The notes below the pieces were generated by a model. The model saw only the letters and a list, made by a program, of their open reading frames with translations. It had not been told where the DNA came from and ran no database searches. This document shows, in pieces, positions 1-15,865 of a stretch of DNA of 64,000 nucleotides. Source of the DNA: the human T2T-CHM13v2.0 reference genome, Homo sapiens; NCBI RefSeq assembly GCF_009914755.1, contig NC_060934.1; one strand, given 5' to 3'. The first letter of the stretch is position 1. Each line of letters opens with the position of its first letter. The position numbers and the translations under genes are program-made.

Positions 1-1037
1 GTCATTTAGTTTTGAGCATTCAAACAGTCAATCTGGTTTACTCTAAATCTCTAAAAGTTTATAGTTTCTTTTTGTGTTACAATCTGGCAATCATTGTCTC
101 TAATACCCTTTTCACTCCGAAATGTCTACGAAATGGCTGGAAGGCCGCTATAGACAAAACAAAATGACATGTCCGTATGACTTTTCCCAAGGCTCTACTT
201 CTGATGCCTCATAATGCAAAACTGGGTCTCTGATGGCAAAGTCTTCACTTCTTCCAAGACCCATTCAATTCCCCTAATCTCTGCTCTCTTAAAAAAAAAG
301 AAAGAAAGAAAGAAAGAAAGGTTGACTATGCTTCGAATGACCATGACACTTATTTGGGGGGAAATCTTGAGATCTGAAGAGGCATGTGTTAAAAGTCAGC
401 ATATTACATATGGGTCAATAATTCATAGCATTTTGCAGGTGCGTTTTACATTTTAAAATTTGGAGTTGTGGCCATTCCCCTGTTTGGGTGAATATAATTT
501 TTTCTCTACTTTTGCTCTCTTTTTGTAGGTTTCATGCCATTAACCAGAAGTCAAGCCACTCATAAAACTCCACAAACTAGTTTTGTGCATTACTAATAAA
601 TGTTTACTGCCTTCTCATCATCTACTTTACTATTTTAAAATTATCACTTCACTTGTCTGTCTACCCAGCTCAATCAGGTCCTTCAGGCTTGTTGTTTATC
701 AGTGATTTTTTTTTCATTTCCATTTTATTGTTTCAAAACTTGATAGGTTCTTTACAATTCAGAATATGAAAAGAATATAGCTGTTTTCTCTGGCTTTTCT
801 TCAGTGGATACAACTGAAAAGTCAATAAATCTAATACTTGCTTAAAACAGTTATATTAATGAGAATTTAAAGACTCATTTCAAAAAGTAATGCAATGATA
901 ACATTTAGAAGGAATTTCAAGGTGGCAACTAGATAACCTGGCAATGACTTACATAGAAATCATTAAAGCTGAGATACAGAATAGAAGTAGAGGCTTCGCA
1001 AGAGTAAGTTCTAATCTATAATAAATACAATTCAGTG

Positions 1038-1613
1038 CAGACACTCTTCAACTCACAATGGGGTTATGTCCCGATAAACCCATCATAAGTTGAAAATATA
1101 AATCAAAAGTGCATTTAATATACCTAACCTACTGAACATCATAGCTTAGACTAGCCCACCTTAAATACACTCAGAACATTACTGCAGCCTCAAACTCATG
1201 GGCTCAAGCAATTCTCCTGACTTAGCTTCCTGAGTAGCTAGGACTACAGGCGCACACCCTCACATCCTTTAATTCTTTACATTTTTTATAGAGACGGGGG
1301 TCTTGCTATGTTGCTCAGGCTAGTTTTGAACTCCTGGCCTCCAGCAATCCTTCTGCCTCTGCCTCCCAAAGTACTGGGATTACAGATGTAAGCCACCACG
1401 TCATTAGCCTATAGTTGGGCAAAATCATCTAACACAAAGCCTATCTTATACTAAAGTGTTGAAATCTCATGAAAGTTATTGAATACTGTACTGAAATTGA
1501 AGAAAAGAATGGTTGTAGAGGTACTTGAAGTATAGTTTCTACTGACTGCGTATTTTTGCACCATCAAATATTAAAAATTTCTAAGTTGAACGATCATAAG
1601 TTGGGACCATCTG
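1038..1613 (+). mobile_element. MER47A (TcMar-Tigger) DNA transposon, split by an Alu
   Basis: CAGA...CCATCTG termini and body GGGGTTATGTCCCGATAAACCCATC match recalled consensus. Confidence 0.8.
1180..1401 (-). mobile_element. AluJ-like internal fragment without poly(A) tail
   Basis: Alu similarity, ends missing. Confidence 0.85.
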
Positions 1614-1779
1614 TATATTTATTAAGAAATTAATAGTCACAGAAAGATTAAAAGATGATTTGTGATATAGTCTATCGAGTGATACAAAAATATTATTACT
1701 AACAAGGGAGACAATGATAAATTCTATATGGAAAATATTTGAAAATTTTAAGGTGGTTTCTCAGGCGAAGCCCAGTTCC

Positions 1780-2142
1780 ATCTCAGGTTCTCCATGTTGG
1801 CTACTCCTGTCTGATATGTTCATGCAAGCTGCCTCCTTCTCAGTTTTTAGGTCTTGCTTTAAATATTATCCTCCCCGAGTCTACATTCCTGACTGCTTGA
1901 GCTAAAGTAACCAACTCCCACCCAGTCACTCTTTCAATCACACTGTTTTCTTGTCTTCATAGCTTTTAACACAATGGAAATCATTTTATTTGCTAACTGA
2001 TTGAATGTATAGTCAATGTTCCACACATATAATAGAATGTAATCCCCACGACAGCAGGAGCTTTGTTTGGTTACCATTATAAATCCAGTGGCTAGCACAA
2101 AAGATGCTCAATAAATATGTGTTTAATGTAAAGGAATAAATA
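1780..2142 (+). mobile_element. L2 3' fragment
   Basis: GCTCAATAAATATGTGTTTAATG L2-type terminus. Confidence 0.6.
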
Positions 2143-2145
2143 AGG

Positions 2146-2450
2146 AGCTGGGTGTGGTGGCTCACACCTGTAATCTCAGTACTTTGGGAGGCTGAGGCAG
2201 AAGGTTTGCTTGAGACAAGGAGTTCAAGACTAACTTGGGCAACATGGCAAGACCCCCAACTCCACAAAAAAATTTAAAGAATTAGAGGGCATGGTGATAT
2301 AGTCCCAGCTACTAAGGAAGCTAAGATGGGAGGATTGCTTGAGCCCATGAGTTTGAAGTTGCAGCAAGCTATGATTGCATCACTGTATTTCAGCCTGGGT
2401 GACAGCCTGAGTCCCTGTCTCTAAAAAACAAACTAAACAAAACAAATAAG
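2146..2450 (+). mobile_element. AluJ
   Basis: full dimeric Alu with A-rich tail. Confidence 0.9.
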
Positions 2451-3094
2451 AATGTAACTCCAGACAATTGATATTTGCAAGTAAAAGATGAAAGCAAAGA
2501 AGTTAAATGGGGCCATAAGACAAAATGCTTTGAATAGCAAGTTAAGCACCTTAGTATTAAAATGGATTTTAGCATTGAGAAGTCACTGAAGGTTTTGTGG
2601 GCCAAGAAAACAACATTATCAGATATGCAGTTTAGGAAAGTAAATTTCAATGTTTTCAGGAACAAACTGAAAAGGGAGGCGGAGACTAGAGGTGATGCCA
2701 AATAGGACCCATTTCAATAGTCCAGGTAAAAGATGACAGAGCCCAACTGAGAGCAGAGAGGAGGAAATGCATTCAAAGAACATCAGAGGTAGTTGGTGGC
2801 CAAGTAGATTTGGGTAGACAAAAAATAAAGAGGAACCAAAGATCAAAAGAAATACATGCAGCCATTTCTGGCAAGTGTTTATAAGATTCTAATGAATAGC
2901 AAAGTGCGTTTCAAAAACATAAATACATTAGAAAATGGTTTTACAAGTCCAGCCAGTATGCTTCCCTTAAAGTAATCATGTATGCAACTTGTATTCCTTA
3001 GTGTCTGAAACACTGGAGACTAAGATTCCAATAACCAAATGCAAAAGGAGGTGTTAGTACTTGTGTATAAGATACGTGGTTAGACGAAGCCCCC

Positions 3095-3444
3095 TGATAG
3101 GATTTTGCTGTGTCCCCACCCAAATCTTATCCTGAATTCCCACGTGTTGTGGGAGAGACCCGGTGGGAGTTAATTGAATCATGGGGGCAGGTCTTTCCCA
3201 TGCTGTTCTCATGATAGTGAGTAAGTCTCATGAGATCTGATAGTTTTAAAAAGAAGTTTCCCTGCACAAGCTCTCTTCTCTATTCCCTGCCACCATGTAA
3301 GATGTGACTTGCTCCTCCTTGCCTTCCACTATAATTATGAGGCCTCCCAGCCATGTGGAACTGTGAGTGAATTAAACCTCTTTCCTTTATAATTACCCAG
3401 TTTCGGGTATGTCTTTATCAGCAGCATGAAAATGGACTAATACG
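3095..3444 (+). mobile_element. THE1-family solo LTR (ERVL-MaLR)
   Basis: TGATA..GCTGTGTCCCCACCCAAATC start, ATTAAACCTCTTT poly(A) signal region, GGACTAATAC end. Confidence 0.88.
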
Positions 3445-4180
3445 CTTACCTCCCCACACTTCCTGTTGGTTCTGTTTCTCTGGAAAGCCCTAATACAACA
3501 GCTTTAAGTCACCCAGGTTCCTCCTTTGTTGGAGTAAAGATATATATCTTTATAAAATATAAAGATATATGTCTTTATACATATATGTATATGTATCTTT
3601 TAATATATGAATATATATCTTTATATAGATATATTTATTTATATATGGATATATCTCTCTATATGTATATTGTATCTTTTTGTTCTATTGTTCTTAAATT
3701 GTCTTTTCTTCCTAATTAGACAATAAGGAGCAACACCATTACTTAAAATTCTTGTCTCTTCCCCTCATCAGTTCACAGTTCTTGCCAGGTGCTCAAAATA
3801 CATTTGCTGAATAGGTGAGAAACAAGAAGGCTACTATGAGAATGTACCTGACACTCTCTAGGAGCCTAGTTAGATAGATGTATAATACTTCCCTAGGAGA
3901 CAGAGAAAAGTTTTGTTGACTGAATAAAGGTTTCCACATGGGAAATTGATTACCGTGTATTGTAAATCCTCCCAATATGACCAACTTAGCCCTCCATCTC
4001 ATATGAGGTAATGTTTTGGCTCTGTAACTCATGATTTGGTAAACTTGTGATTATTTATATGACACACTGTATTTTTTCATCATTCGTGCACATCAATTCT
4101 AAGTGATGACACTATTCTGTGACCTCCCAAGTGTTCTCCCTAACACTTATATAAAATCTTTCCATCTCCAGGGCCACTTA

Positions 4181-4640
<460 letters not shown>

Positions 4641-4959
4641 TCTAAGAAAACCACAGCTTGTTCTAAACCTGAGGATCTAAGATTCCACTCTACTAGGGTT
4701 TTTTCCCCCTATCTTCCAGAGACTACTTTACCTGAATGAAGTCTTCTAAATGTTTAATAAAAATAAATTATATGTTATATATTTTTGTTTTCAAATGCAT
4801 CAAACATGGCTCTATTGTACCTATTTGGGTTTAATAGGTCTCTTGAAATGAGTAGTAGCTTGTGCTACTTGGATAAAAAAAAAAAAGTCACTCTCAGGTA
4901 TCTTCTATATTAACCACTAATACATTTTACCATCTCTCTTGTCATAAAATTGCACTCTG

Positions 4960-5058
4960 ATATATATGTATATATGTATGTGTGCATACATATATACACA
5001 CACATATGTATGCATATATATATATACACACACAAATACACACACATACACACACACA
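4960..5058. repeat. (TA)n/(CA)n compound microsatellite
   Basis: direct reading. Confidence 0.9.
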
Positions 5059-5896
5059 CCAAAAGGAAGCATGCTACATAAAGGTAAATATTTGAAAATT
5101 CCTAGTTTCTATACAGAACATTTTCCCTTCCTAATAAATTTCAGCTGTATTTAAGTACCATGATGCAGCTGAGTTTTTAATTAAGATAAAAGTTCCATTA
5201 GCCGAGGTTACTTTTAATCTAGCCATGACTTCACTACGCCTTATTAAGTAAACTTATTTTGTGTTAAATGGTCGGGACGTGAATCTCTTGTTAAAGGAAA
5301 TAATCAGATGGAGTCAAGGAGAAGCTGCCTCAGAATACCCATCATTGAGATTGTAATCTCTCAAAAATAGGAAGAGATAGATTTGAAAATTAAAATAAAT
5401 CAAATGGTCATAAAGGTTACAAATACTTTAAAATCGAATCTGATGAAATCATGTTTGAAAATGACCACTCTTTAAAGAGTAACTGGTTAGTTGACATTTA
5501 GTTGATTCATCTTGTTTATCTTTAGAAAAGGAAAAAGAACAAAATCACTTCCATCTCTAAAGATTCCATGGGAAATCCGCCCACTCACCTTGATAGGTCC
5601 CCACAGAAAATATCAAAGATATTTCTAATTCAAATGGCTGCCCATATGCAAAATAGAGAAATCATGTCAGCAAGCCTCTTAGTGCCACTGAGGCACAGAA
5701 AAAGTCATTGCCAGGTGGTGGGCAATTTCTATTCTTTTCTTTTCTATTCTAAGAATCCCTTCATTGGGCTAACTTCATCCAGAATGTACATCTACAACTA
5801 ACATTAGAATTGACTCCTTACTAGAATGGCATTAAATGACAAGAAGGTGTTTCAGAAGCCGTATCTTCATTTCAGAATATTGAGAGCCTTCTCTTA

Positions 5897-6064
<168 letters not shown>

Positions 6065-6484
6065 TCAGACAGAGGCTGTCAGTCATCAAGGAATATCAAG
6101 CTTTCAATGATGCTAAAAAGGCTGCCATTCTAGTAGCTATGAAACTTCTTTCTAGAGAGATCATTTTCGAAAGATGCCTCCAAGTAAAATATAATTCATC
6201 TTTCTACTAGTAGCTTTCTGACAGCATGTCTCTCTCCTTATGTGGCTTTGGGAATGGATAGCAGTTTCTAAGTACTCAGCAATTCTCCCAAGCCAGTTTT
6301 GAGATAGCCTAGGCATCTCCTGAGGCGAAGGTCAGTGGAAAACCTACAACTCCACTAGCAAGGAATGGAGGATTTCTGCAGTGATGCAACTCAGAGTCTT
6401 GGGAAAACATAGTAGAGAAGACAGATGAGTGATAGGGATTTGGTCAGCTCTTCAATGGCCCCTGAAATCTAGAGACAAATATAT

Positions 6485-6617
6485 TTTCTTTTTTTCTTTC
6501 TTTCTTTTTTCTTTTTTTTTTTTTTTTTGAGAGAGACTCTTGCTCTGTCGCCCAAGGTGGAGTGCAGTGGCATGATCTCGACTCACTGCAACCTCCACCT
6601 CCTGGGTTCAGGTGATT
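6485..6617 (-). mobile_element. 5'-truncated Alu (right arm) with probable TSD
   Basis: poly(T) + Alu 3' end; TAGAGACAAA on both sides. Confidence 0.85.
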
Positions 6618-7071
6618 AGAGACAAACAATTTCTCCAATCAAGTTTCTATGCCCAGAGCAGTGAGTGATATCAATAGTACCTGACATTTTATTCAAATAT
6701 GCTTATCCATGTTTGTGTCATCCTTTGAAATAAATATTTACTGCACAGATGGTCTCAACTGATCATTCTTCCCGGGCTCTAGAGCCAACAGATGATACAG
6801 TTAGCAGAGACTTGGCAATTACTCCAAGCACACAGATGTTTTCTGATGCCATGTGATCCAGATATGTGTCATGTGTCACCCATGGAGGCCACTAGAAGAA
6901 ATCCTCATCACAGTGCACCATACAGGCACCTGCCATGTTTATCTTCTGCACGTGATTTTCAATTCTGGATTACAGGCACCTTCTAAAAATTAATCCCTAT
7001 TTCTAATCAACTCAGTGGTTACTCTGATGAGGCATATATACAAATATATACAAGTCAGGGCTATATACGAT

Positions 7072-7732
<661 letters not shown>

Positions 7733-7749
7733 ATCCTCTACTGAAATGA

Positions 7750-8050
<301 letters not shown>

Positions 8051-8606
8051 GGACTGCAGGGCCGGGTACAGCCCCTTGTATCTTTTTGGCATACTCTCTT
8101 GATGCTGCACATCTTAAGTGCATTCCTCTAGCAAACCTACTCTGATTAGGTAGAAGCAGACGTGCACAGTAACCAGCCATCCACTACTTTGTCAAGGCCA
8201 TTTTTCTCCCTTTACCATTCTGATCTGTTTTCTGGTATACTATGAAATGTATCATACACAAAAAGTTAGTGTAGATTACAATAAGTAAACCAGTAAAAAG
8301 ATAAAACAGGAACACACACACACACACACGCATTCCTCTGGCTAGTCTTGGTAGGAGATAAATGCCCCAAGATTATTTGAACAGGACATATTAAAAGCAA
8401 TATAGAAGCACCATGTACTTATTTATCTATTTTACGCTAAGTACATTATTTTAGGAGACAAAGATGCATAAGTGTCTTCTAGAAACAAATAGTCCCAGAT
8501 GTCAAAGCAGGTTTCTCTGACTTATACAAGTTATCTGCCATTACCACAGGACAATGGTTCTTAGACCTGTCTATGAAAATCCAATGGAGTTCTTGTTAAA
8601 AATGCA

Positions 8607-8960
8607 GGCCGGGCACGGTGGCTTATGCCTGTAATCCCAGCACTTTGGGAGGCTGAGGAGGGAGAATCACTTGAAGCCAGGGGTTTGAGACCAGCCTGGG
8701 CAACAGAAAAAATAAAAATAACTCCATCTCTACCAAAAATACAAAAACAATTAGCCCTACATTAGCCAGGCATGGTGGTAAACACCTGAAGTGCCGGCTA
8801 CTTGGGAGGCAGAGATGGGAGGATCACTTCAGCCCAGGAGATTGAAGTGACAGTGAGCTATGATTGTGCCATTGCCCTCCAGCCTGGGCAACAGAGCAAG
8901 ACCCTATCTCTAAAAAAATAAAAATAAATTAAAACTTAAAAAAATCAAATAAATAAATAA
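8607..8960 (+). mobile_element. AluJ inserted into a MER5-like fragment
   Basis: AAAATGCAG TSD on both sides. Confidence 0.88.
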
Positions 8961-9063
8961 AATGCAGATTCCTGAGTCCCATTCTCACAGAAGGAAACCA
9001 CATGGTTAGAAAACTACCTTAAACTATGTGAGAAAGAACGCCAACAACCGCTGGGAGAGTTCA

Positions 9064-9180
<117 letters not shown>

Positions 9181-9392
9181 CTAGGAATAAAAACCTACAT
9201 ATTTATGTGTTCAAGACGTGAATATAAGTAACTGTTTACATTTATTAATAAACATGCTGAACAAACTTTCTTAGGAAATAATCACCATAGTCCAAGCTTA
9301 ACATATCCCTACATCAATAAGAGAATCAACTGAATTAATATACACATATGTGTGTTTGTGTGTGTGTATATATATATAGTGTATAGATATAT

Positions 9393-9543
9393 ATGTCAGC
9401 ATATATGTGTGATATATATATAAATGTCAGTATATGTGATATATATATAAATGCCAGTATATATGTGTGATATATATATAAATGTCAGCATATACGTGTG
9501 AGATTTATATAAATGTCAGTATATATGTGTGAGATATATATAT
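9393..9543. repeat. ~31-bp minisatellite, 5 copies
   Basis: ATG(T/C)CAG recurs at 9393, 9424, 9451, 9482, 9513. Confidence 0.9.
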
Positions 9544-9687
9544 ATACATATATGTGTATATATATCACAGGTACTGATTTAATTAACGTCCTATCAGTTG
9601 GATCTTCTCTTTCTCATAGAATGCTGACTTCTAGAAAAAGAATGTCCTTGAGCCATCATGATAACCTTAGAAACAACTTTTGGACTA

Positions 9688-9978
<291 letters not shown>

Positions 9979-10374
9979 CTATAATAATAGATAAATCCAA
10001 TGTTCATGGAAATCTTAAAAAGAACATTTAAGGCATTCTTCAATAGCTACAGTGTTCCTTACCAAGCTCACCTCCGTCAAAAACAAGAATGCTTTAAAAA
10101 ATCACTTTTCGTACTCCATAGCAGCCACGGAAAGCAAAGAAACAAAACCCTACAAAAAACCTTCCTCCAGATTTGGGAGCTTATACATTTCCTTCCCACA
10201 AGAAATGTAAGCCCACCAAGATAGTATTTTCTTAACATGGCTCTAATATTTACATCAATCATATTTGTAAACCACATCCTCAGCCCAAACATCTCAGAAA
10301 ACTAGCTTCCCTAAAACCATTAGCACTTTCTAAGGAGAACTGAATGGACTATACACCTTAAAGCCACAAGACCT

Positions 10375-10686
10375 GTCCAGGAACACTGGCTCACGCCTGT
10401 AATCACAACACTTTAGGAGCTCGAGGTGGGAGGATCACTTGAGGCCAGGAATTAGAGACCAGCCTGAACAACATAGCAAGATCCTGTTTCCACTGGAAAA
10501 AAAAAAAAAAAGCTGGATGTGGTGGTGCATGTGTGTAGTCCCAGCTACTCAGGAGGCTGAGGTGGGAGGATTGTTTGGGCCCAGGAGTTCAAGTCTGCAG
10601 TGAGTTATGATCACACCACTGCACTCCAGCCTGGGCAACAAAGCAAGATCCTGCCCCCCGAACCAAAAAAAAGAAAAAAAAAAAAC
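10375..10686 (+). mobile_element. AluJ
   Basis: dimeric Alu. Confidence 0.88.
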
Positions 10687-11419
10687 CATGAGATCTCTTT
10701 GGAGGACATAGCCTGCCTCATGTGCTACTGAAACCAACCAAACCAAACAGCACAACTGCCAGCATCCAGTTTTTTTTTTTTTTTTTTTTGCAATAACTAA
10801 AGTCACTGAAGATCTTAAGGGAAAGGCAATTTACTATAAGGATTAAGCAGTATGTCAGGTTGCCCCATGGAGGAAGGGAAGTCAGACCTCCCTAGAGCTG
10901 CAATTGGCTGTCAGCCTTCCTTGCAGGCTCACTGTCTCTATCTGGGGCTTGGGAGCCATCATCTATGCACGTCTACTCCATTCTTCTGTCCCTGAAGGTC
11001 AACTTCCACAGATACTGCCCGTAACCACCAATCTCAAATTTATAAGGGAATAATAGCCTAGGCTAGGTAGAGTCTTTCAATCCCAATTCCAAGTTCCTGG
11101 GAGAGAGATCCAGTGGGACTGGCTTGAGACAGGTGGACACTCCTGGTCTAATTAGTTATGGCCCCAGGAAAGACGGGGATGGGGTATGGAGGCTTCCAGG
11201 TACTGACTGCAGGTGGGATAGGAACGTGGGAAAAATTCTAAGACCGTGGGATTGAACACAGATGCACAACAATAAATGATGCAGTATGGAAGTGCTCAGA
11301 AAGCCCGTAGCATTTGTGACTGTTTTGGAATTGCATGGTGGTTAGCAGGTGCTCCTCACAATCTTTGCCTTGCAAAAATTTATTCCTTGATTTAACCCAC
11401 TGCCACTATGACCAGCACT

Positions 11420-11704
11420 ACTGGTTGATTCACCAAAAATTGGTTAAATAATTGTCTTAGTTGTTTTGATGAATCTTTCTTAAATGTACGTATAGGTCAC
11501 AGTCATTTCAATTTTTAATGTTGGAAGTGTTGGGGTCTTCATTTAGAAGTCTGGTGATATTTTTGTGACCAGAAAAATGCCATAGGAACTTAATTCTTGT
11601 TTATATCAGTTAGTCTATAGGAAAACTGGTTTTGTTACATGTTGTTTTGCTTAAAGTCACAATTTTTGAGAATCTGTTGATGATATTGAATGAAGACTTA
11701 CTGT
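11420..11704 (-). mobile_element. MER82-like (TcMar-Tigger) fragment
   Basis: minus strand begins CAGTAAGTCTTCATTCAATATCATC...GACTTTAAGCAAAAC, like recalled MER82 terminus. Confidence 0.65.
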
Positions 11705-12677
11705 ACTAGGTTCCTGAATGTGATGCATAAAACATATTTTATGTTACATTATCCATTCTTATAATTTAATGGGAGTAGTGTCAGTAGACAGTCACATCAA
11801 CCTACCAAATTGTTTCATTATTTAAGCAGAATAATGATAATCATAGTAATAATTAAATTTTCTGTAACATTTTAATGAAAATTTTCGAACAGAAAAGCTT
11901 TAAGAATTGTACAATGATTGCACACAAACCTCCCTACATCCACCACCTGGAGTCTCTAATTAACATTCTGCCACATTCGTTTTATTACATATTTCACCAT
12001 CTATTCATCCATCTATCCAGCCATAAGTCTATCTCATTTTTGAAACAAATACATTTATAGTGCTTTACAGATGACAAGTGAAAACACAGAATGTCTTTTG
12101 GAAAATTTCTGAACACATTTTTCAGTGTACCTATTTACATTAAAATCCATATTTATCCAACAGGTATTTATTAACCGTTCATACGGGTAAGGTACTGGGC
12201 TAAGTGCTGTGAAAGACACTAGGATGAATAAGGCCTGTCACTTAAAGTGCAGAAGTGGAAACAATACAGTAAGATAACAGCTCTGGGTGAGACACAAGAT
12301 CTATTGATCCTTACTAAGAAAGTGAAAACATGTTGACTTTTTAAAGATCTTTCCTAATGATGGCAAAGGTGGTAAGCAGGATTCTGGTATTTTTCTTTTG
12401 ATGCCAGCTATTGAGAAAATTATTTTTTCTGATTACAAAAGCAAGACTTAGACAAAGAAGACAAATTGGCAAATGTAGAAATGCAGGCAGAAAAATCAGT
12501 CAATTCAGAGAAAACTCCTGAGAGCAATTTGTGTGTTTATTTCTAGTGGTTTTTTTTAAAGATGGTAGGTACATCTTTAAAAACTGGGATCATAGATAAC
12601 AGTTTTTAATCCTGTCATGATTTTATACAATATTAAATATTATACATTTTATTCCTTGCTATTAAATATACTTTTCA

Positions 12678-12967
12678 GGCTGGGTGCGTTGGCTCACACC
12701 TGTAATCCCAGCACTTTCGGAGGCCAAGGTGGGCGGATTACCTGAGCTCAGGAGTTCAAGACCAGCCTGACCAATATAGTGAAACTCTGTCTCTACTAAA
12801 AATATAAAAATTGGCCGGGCTTGATGGCGGGCACCTGTAGTCTCAGCTACTTGGGAGGCTGAGACAGGAAAATTGCTTGAACGCTTGAACCCCGTAGGCG
12901 GAGGTTGCAGTGAGCCAAGATCGCGCCACTGCACTCCAGCCTGAGCCACAGAAGTGAGGCTCTGTCT

Positions 12968-13010
<43 letters not shown>
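12678..13010 (+). mobile_element. AluS with pure A42 tail
   Basis: dimeric Alu; A run 12969-13010. Confidence 0.92.
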
Positions 13011-13015
<5 letters not shown>

Positions 13016-13372
13016 CATAGATGTCAACAGCTTTTAAGTTGTAAAGCTTTTGACGTTTTAAAGTTTTCAGCATTCCACCGAGCAGCAGGTCTCACTATCT
13101 CTTACCTCCCATGCATGTATACTTGGATGCATTCCTAACAACGTACAATAGGTGGTGACAGTTACATCTGCTTTAAAACTGTCCTATTTCTTCAAAAAAT
13201 GAGTTTGAAGATGTTTTTGTTTTGGACACTCACTAATATAAATATGCAAAAATAATTCTTAAGGGCAAGCGATACAGACAGAAGGCTCCTGGAACACGCT
13301 CTCATGGCTATGGAATTTCCAGCGTGGCCAGAAAGGACAGCAAGGAGCTGTGTGCAGTGGCGGCTGGCACTA

Positions 13373-13717
<345 letters not shown>

Positions 13718-13996
13718 TCATTTCCATTCCCAGAGGTTACACACATCTGGCATATTCTCTTTCATTTAAGTAAACAATCCTCATTCAGGAAGCATGAGAG
13801 ATGAATGGAGAAGAGCAAAAAAAGAAGAAAAGTAGAAAAAAGAGAAAGCTCAGTGAACAGAATCAGCAGGTCATCAGCAATAATAGCAGATAAAGACAAG
13901 AACCAGGCAACGAGGCATGGCAGAAACCTAGAGCTAAGAAGAGAGCCCAGGAAGGTGGGAACAAGACTCCGCATCCAAGGTGACAGAGCCACTCAC

Positions 13997-14143
13997 CTTA
14001 CATTTGACTTCATCGGTTTCAAGCAAATTTATCAGCACTTCCAGGCCTCCAACATCTCTGATGGCCAACTGGCAGGTTTCTTGAGCTAAGCTGAAATCCC
14101 TCATTGAACACAACGCAATCACTGTAGCTGTTTGATTTCCTCC
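13997..14143 (-). CDS. ODAD2: ODAD2 exon 11 (147 nt) [14 protein letters not shown]...EVKCK; start of ARM-repeat region
   Basis: TTTGTAG| acceptor, AAG|GTGAGT donor. Confidence 0.97.
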
Positions 14144-15560
14144 CTACAAAGATGCAATGCCAGAGAAAGGTTAAGGAACACCGCATTCCCATAGAAATGC
14201 ACTAAGTAGTTACGAATCCATGAACTGGAAAACATGTCTCTGAGTGGGCTAGAATTTGTTAAATGAATCAGGTAGAGCCGAAGCATGGAAAAGCTGTACA
14301 GAGCATCATAAAACATTGTTCCAATTAAGATTCAACATTTAAAGGCAGGCTGTCTCCTTTAAACAGCTTTAACATCAGGTGGTATTCATCTATTAAAGAG
14401 TCATGGGGACAGCCTTGAGAGGCTGACTGAGGAATGCAAGATGTACACAGAGCTAAGAGATGGTTCCCCCAGTTCTTGAACAGGGTATTGCATAATGCAA
14501 AGCACGTCTGAAAATTATTCCTACAGATGTGCATAGAACAGTCCGGAATAGGGAGAACTCAGAGAAAAGGAAAACGTGCAGGAAGCAGCACCGCAATCCA
14601 TACTGGAACCTAGAGTAGGTGGTTTGAGGGCCGTGGGATTGGGAAAAGAGAGGCAATTCCAGCAGGACCTGCAAATGAATGGGATGGGCAGGACGAAGAA
14701 GAAAGCAAGCTTCACTGTGGTGAGCAAAATCCTGGCTGAACGCAGAGTCTTGCAAACCAATGTCTTCTTGGTGAATCGCTACATGTAAAGAGTAGTAGTG
14801 AGATGCTCCTTCAGGATTAAAAAACAAAACCCAAAAGATTAAAAATAAAAAAGAATGATCAGTAAACCAGACCTGCCAGGAGATTAAAATCAGAATTCAC
14901 TGCAGGAACTCTTAGACAATGTCCACTGGTCATTTCTGCTTTGAAAATCTTCTAAGGAGTAGTGCATATTACCACTACTGCTATTCAGCTGGCTGATAAG
15001 AGTTCTGGCATCAGCACTAAAGTAGCGCATCACACACAAAAGCAAGAAGGCTGTTCATTTTTGTAAAAGGTGCTGGTAATAGACAAGCCTTTGATCCCTG
15101 CTTCAAACATAGTACCAATGTTTTAAGGGAAGACACCTTAAATTATGTTTATTTCCATTTATTAAGCATTATATTTCCATTATCTATTGTGTATATATAT
15201 ATAATTATGTATACAAATAGATTATATATATAATAGATAAGGTAAACATTGTCTATTTTATAAATTTATTCATTATCTACTGCCCATTATCTATTGTATA
15301 ATTTTAAAATGTATTTTTAAATATATAAAATATTCTACATTATGTTTATATATAAATTTAAAAGTTTAAATATATTACATATAATATATAAATATAAAAA
15401 ATACCAATATAAAAATGTATATTTCTATATATAAATAGATAACATATAATAGGCTTAGCACAGCTCGTGGAAATTCCATACCAGCTGCCAAACTCCCTCC
15501 TCCATAGCACGAGCTTGTGCATTTGCAAATCTTCTTGTGAATTCAACACAATAGGTCAAG

Positions 15561-15865
15561 TTTTTAATTTTTAAAAATTTATATATAATAGTTGTACATA
15601 TTTTGGGGGTACATGTGATATTCTGATGCATGTATAAAATGTGTAGTGATCAAATCAGGATAATTGAGATATTTATCACCTTAAACACATCTTTTTTTGT
15701 GGTGGGAACTTTACAATTCCTCCCTTCTAGCTGTTTTGAAATACATAATAAATTATTCTTAACTATAATTTCTTGACTGTACTACAATAGGGAACTTGAA
15801 CTTAGTTGTACTATCTCACTGTATTTTGTACCTCTTAACCAATTTATCTTCATCCCTTCATACCA
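15561..15865 (-). mobile_element. L1MA-type 3' UTR fragment
   Basis: T-rich start then GTACATATTTTGGGGGTACATGTGATATT, typical L1MA 3' end in antisense. Confidence 0.8.

Noticed and set aside
15444-15551. Possible H/ACA snoRNA or pre-miRNA (stem plus terminal ACA)
   Set aside because: No two-hairpin/H-box layout, the stem is not kept in the second copy, and the ACA reading is antisense to the host gene.
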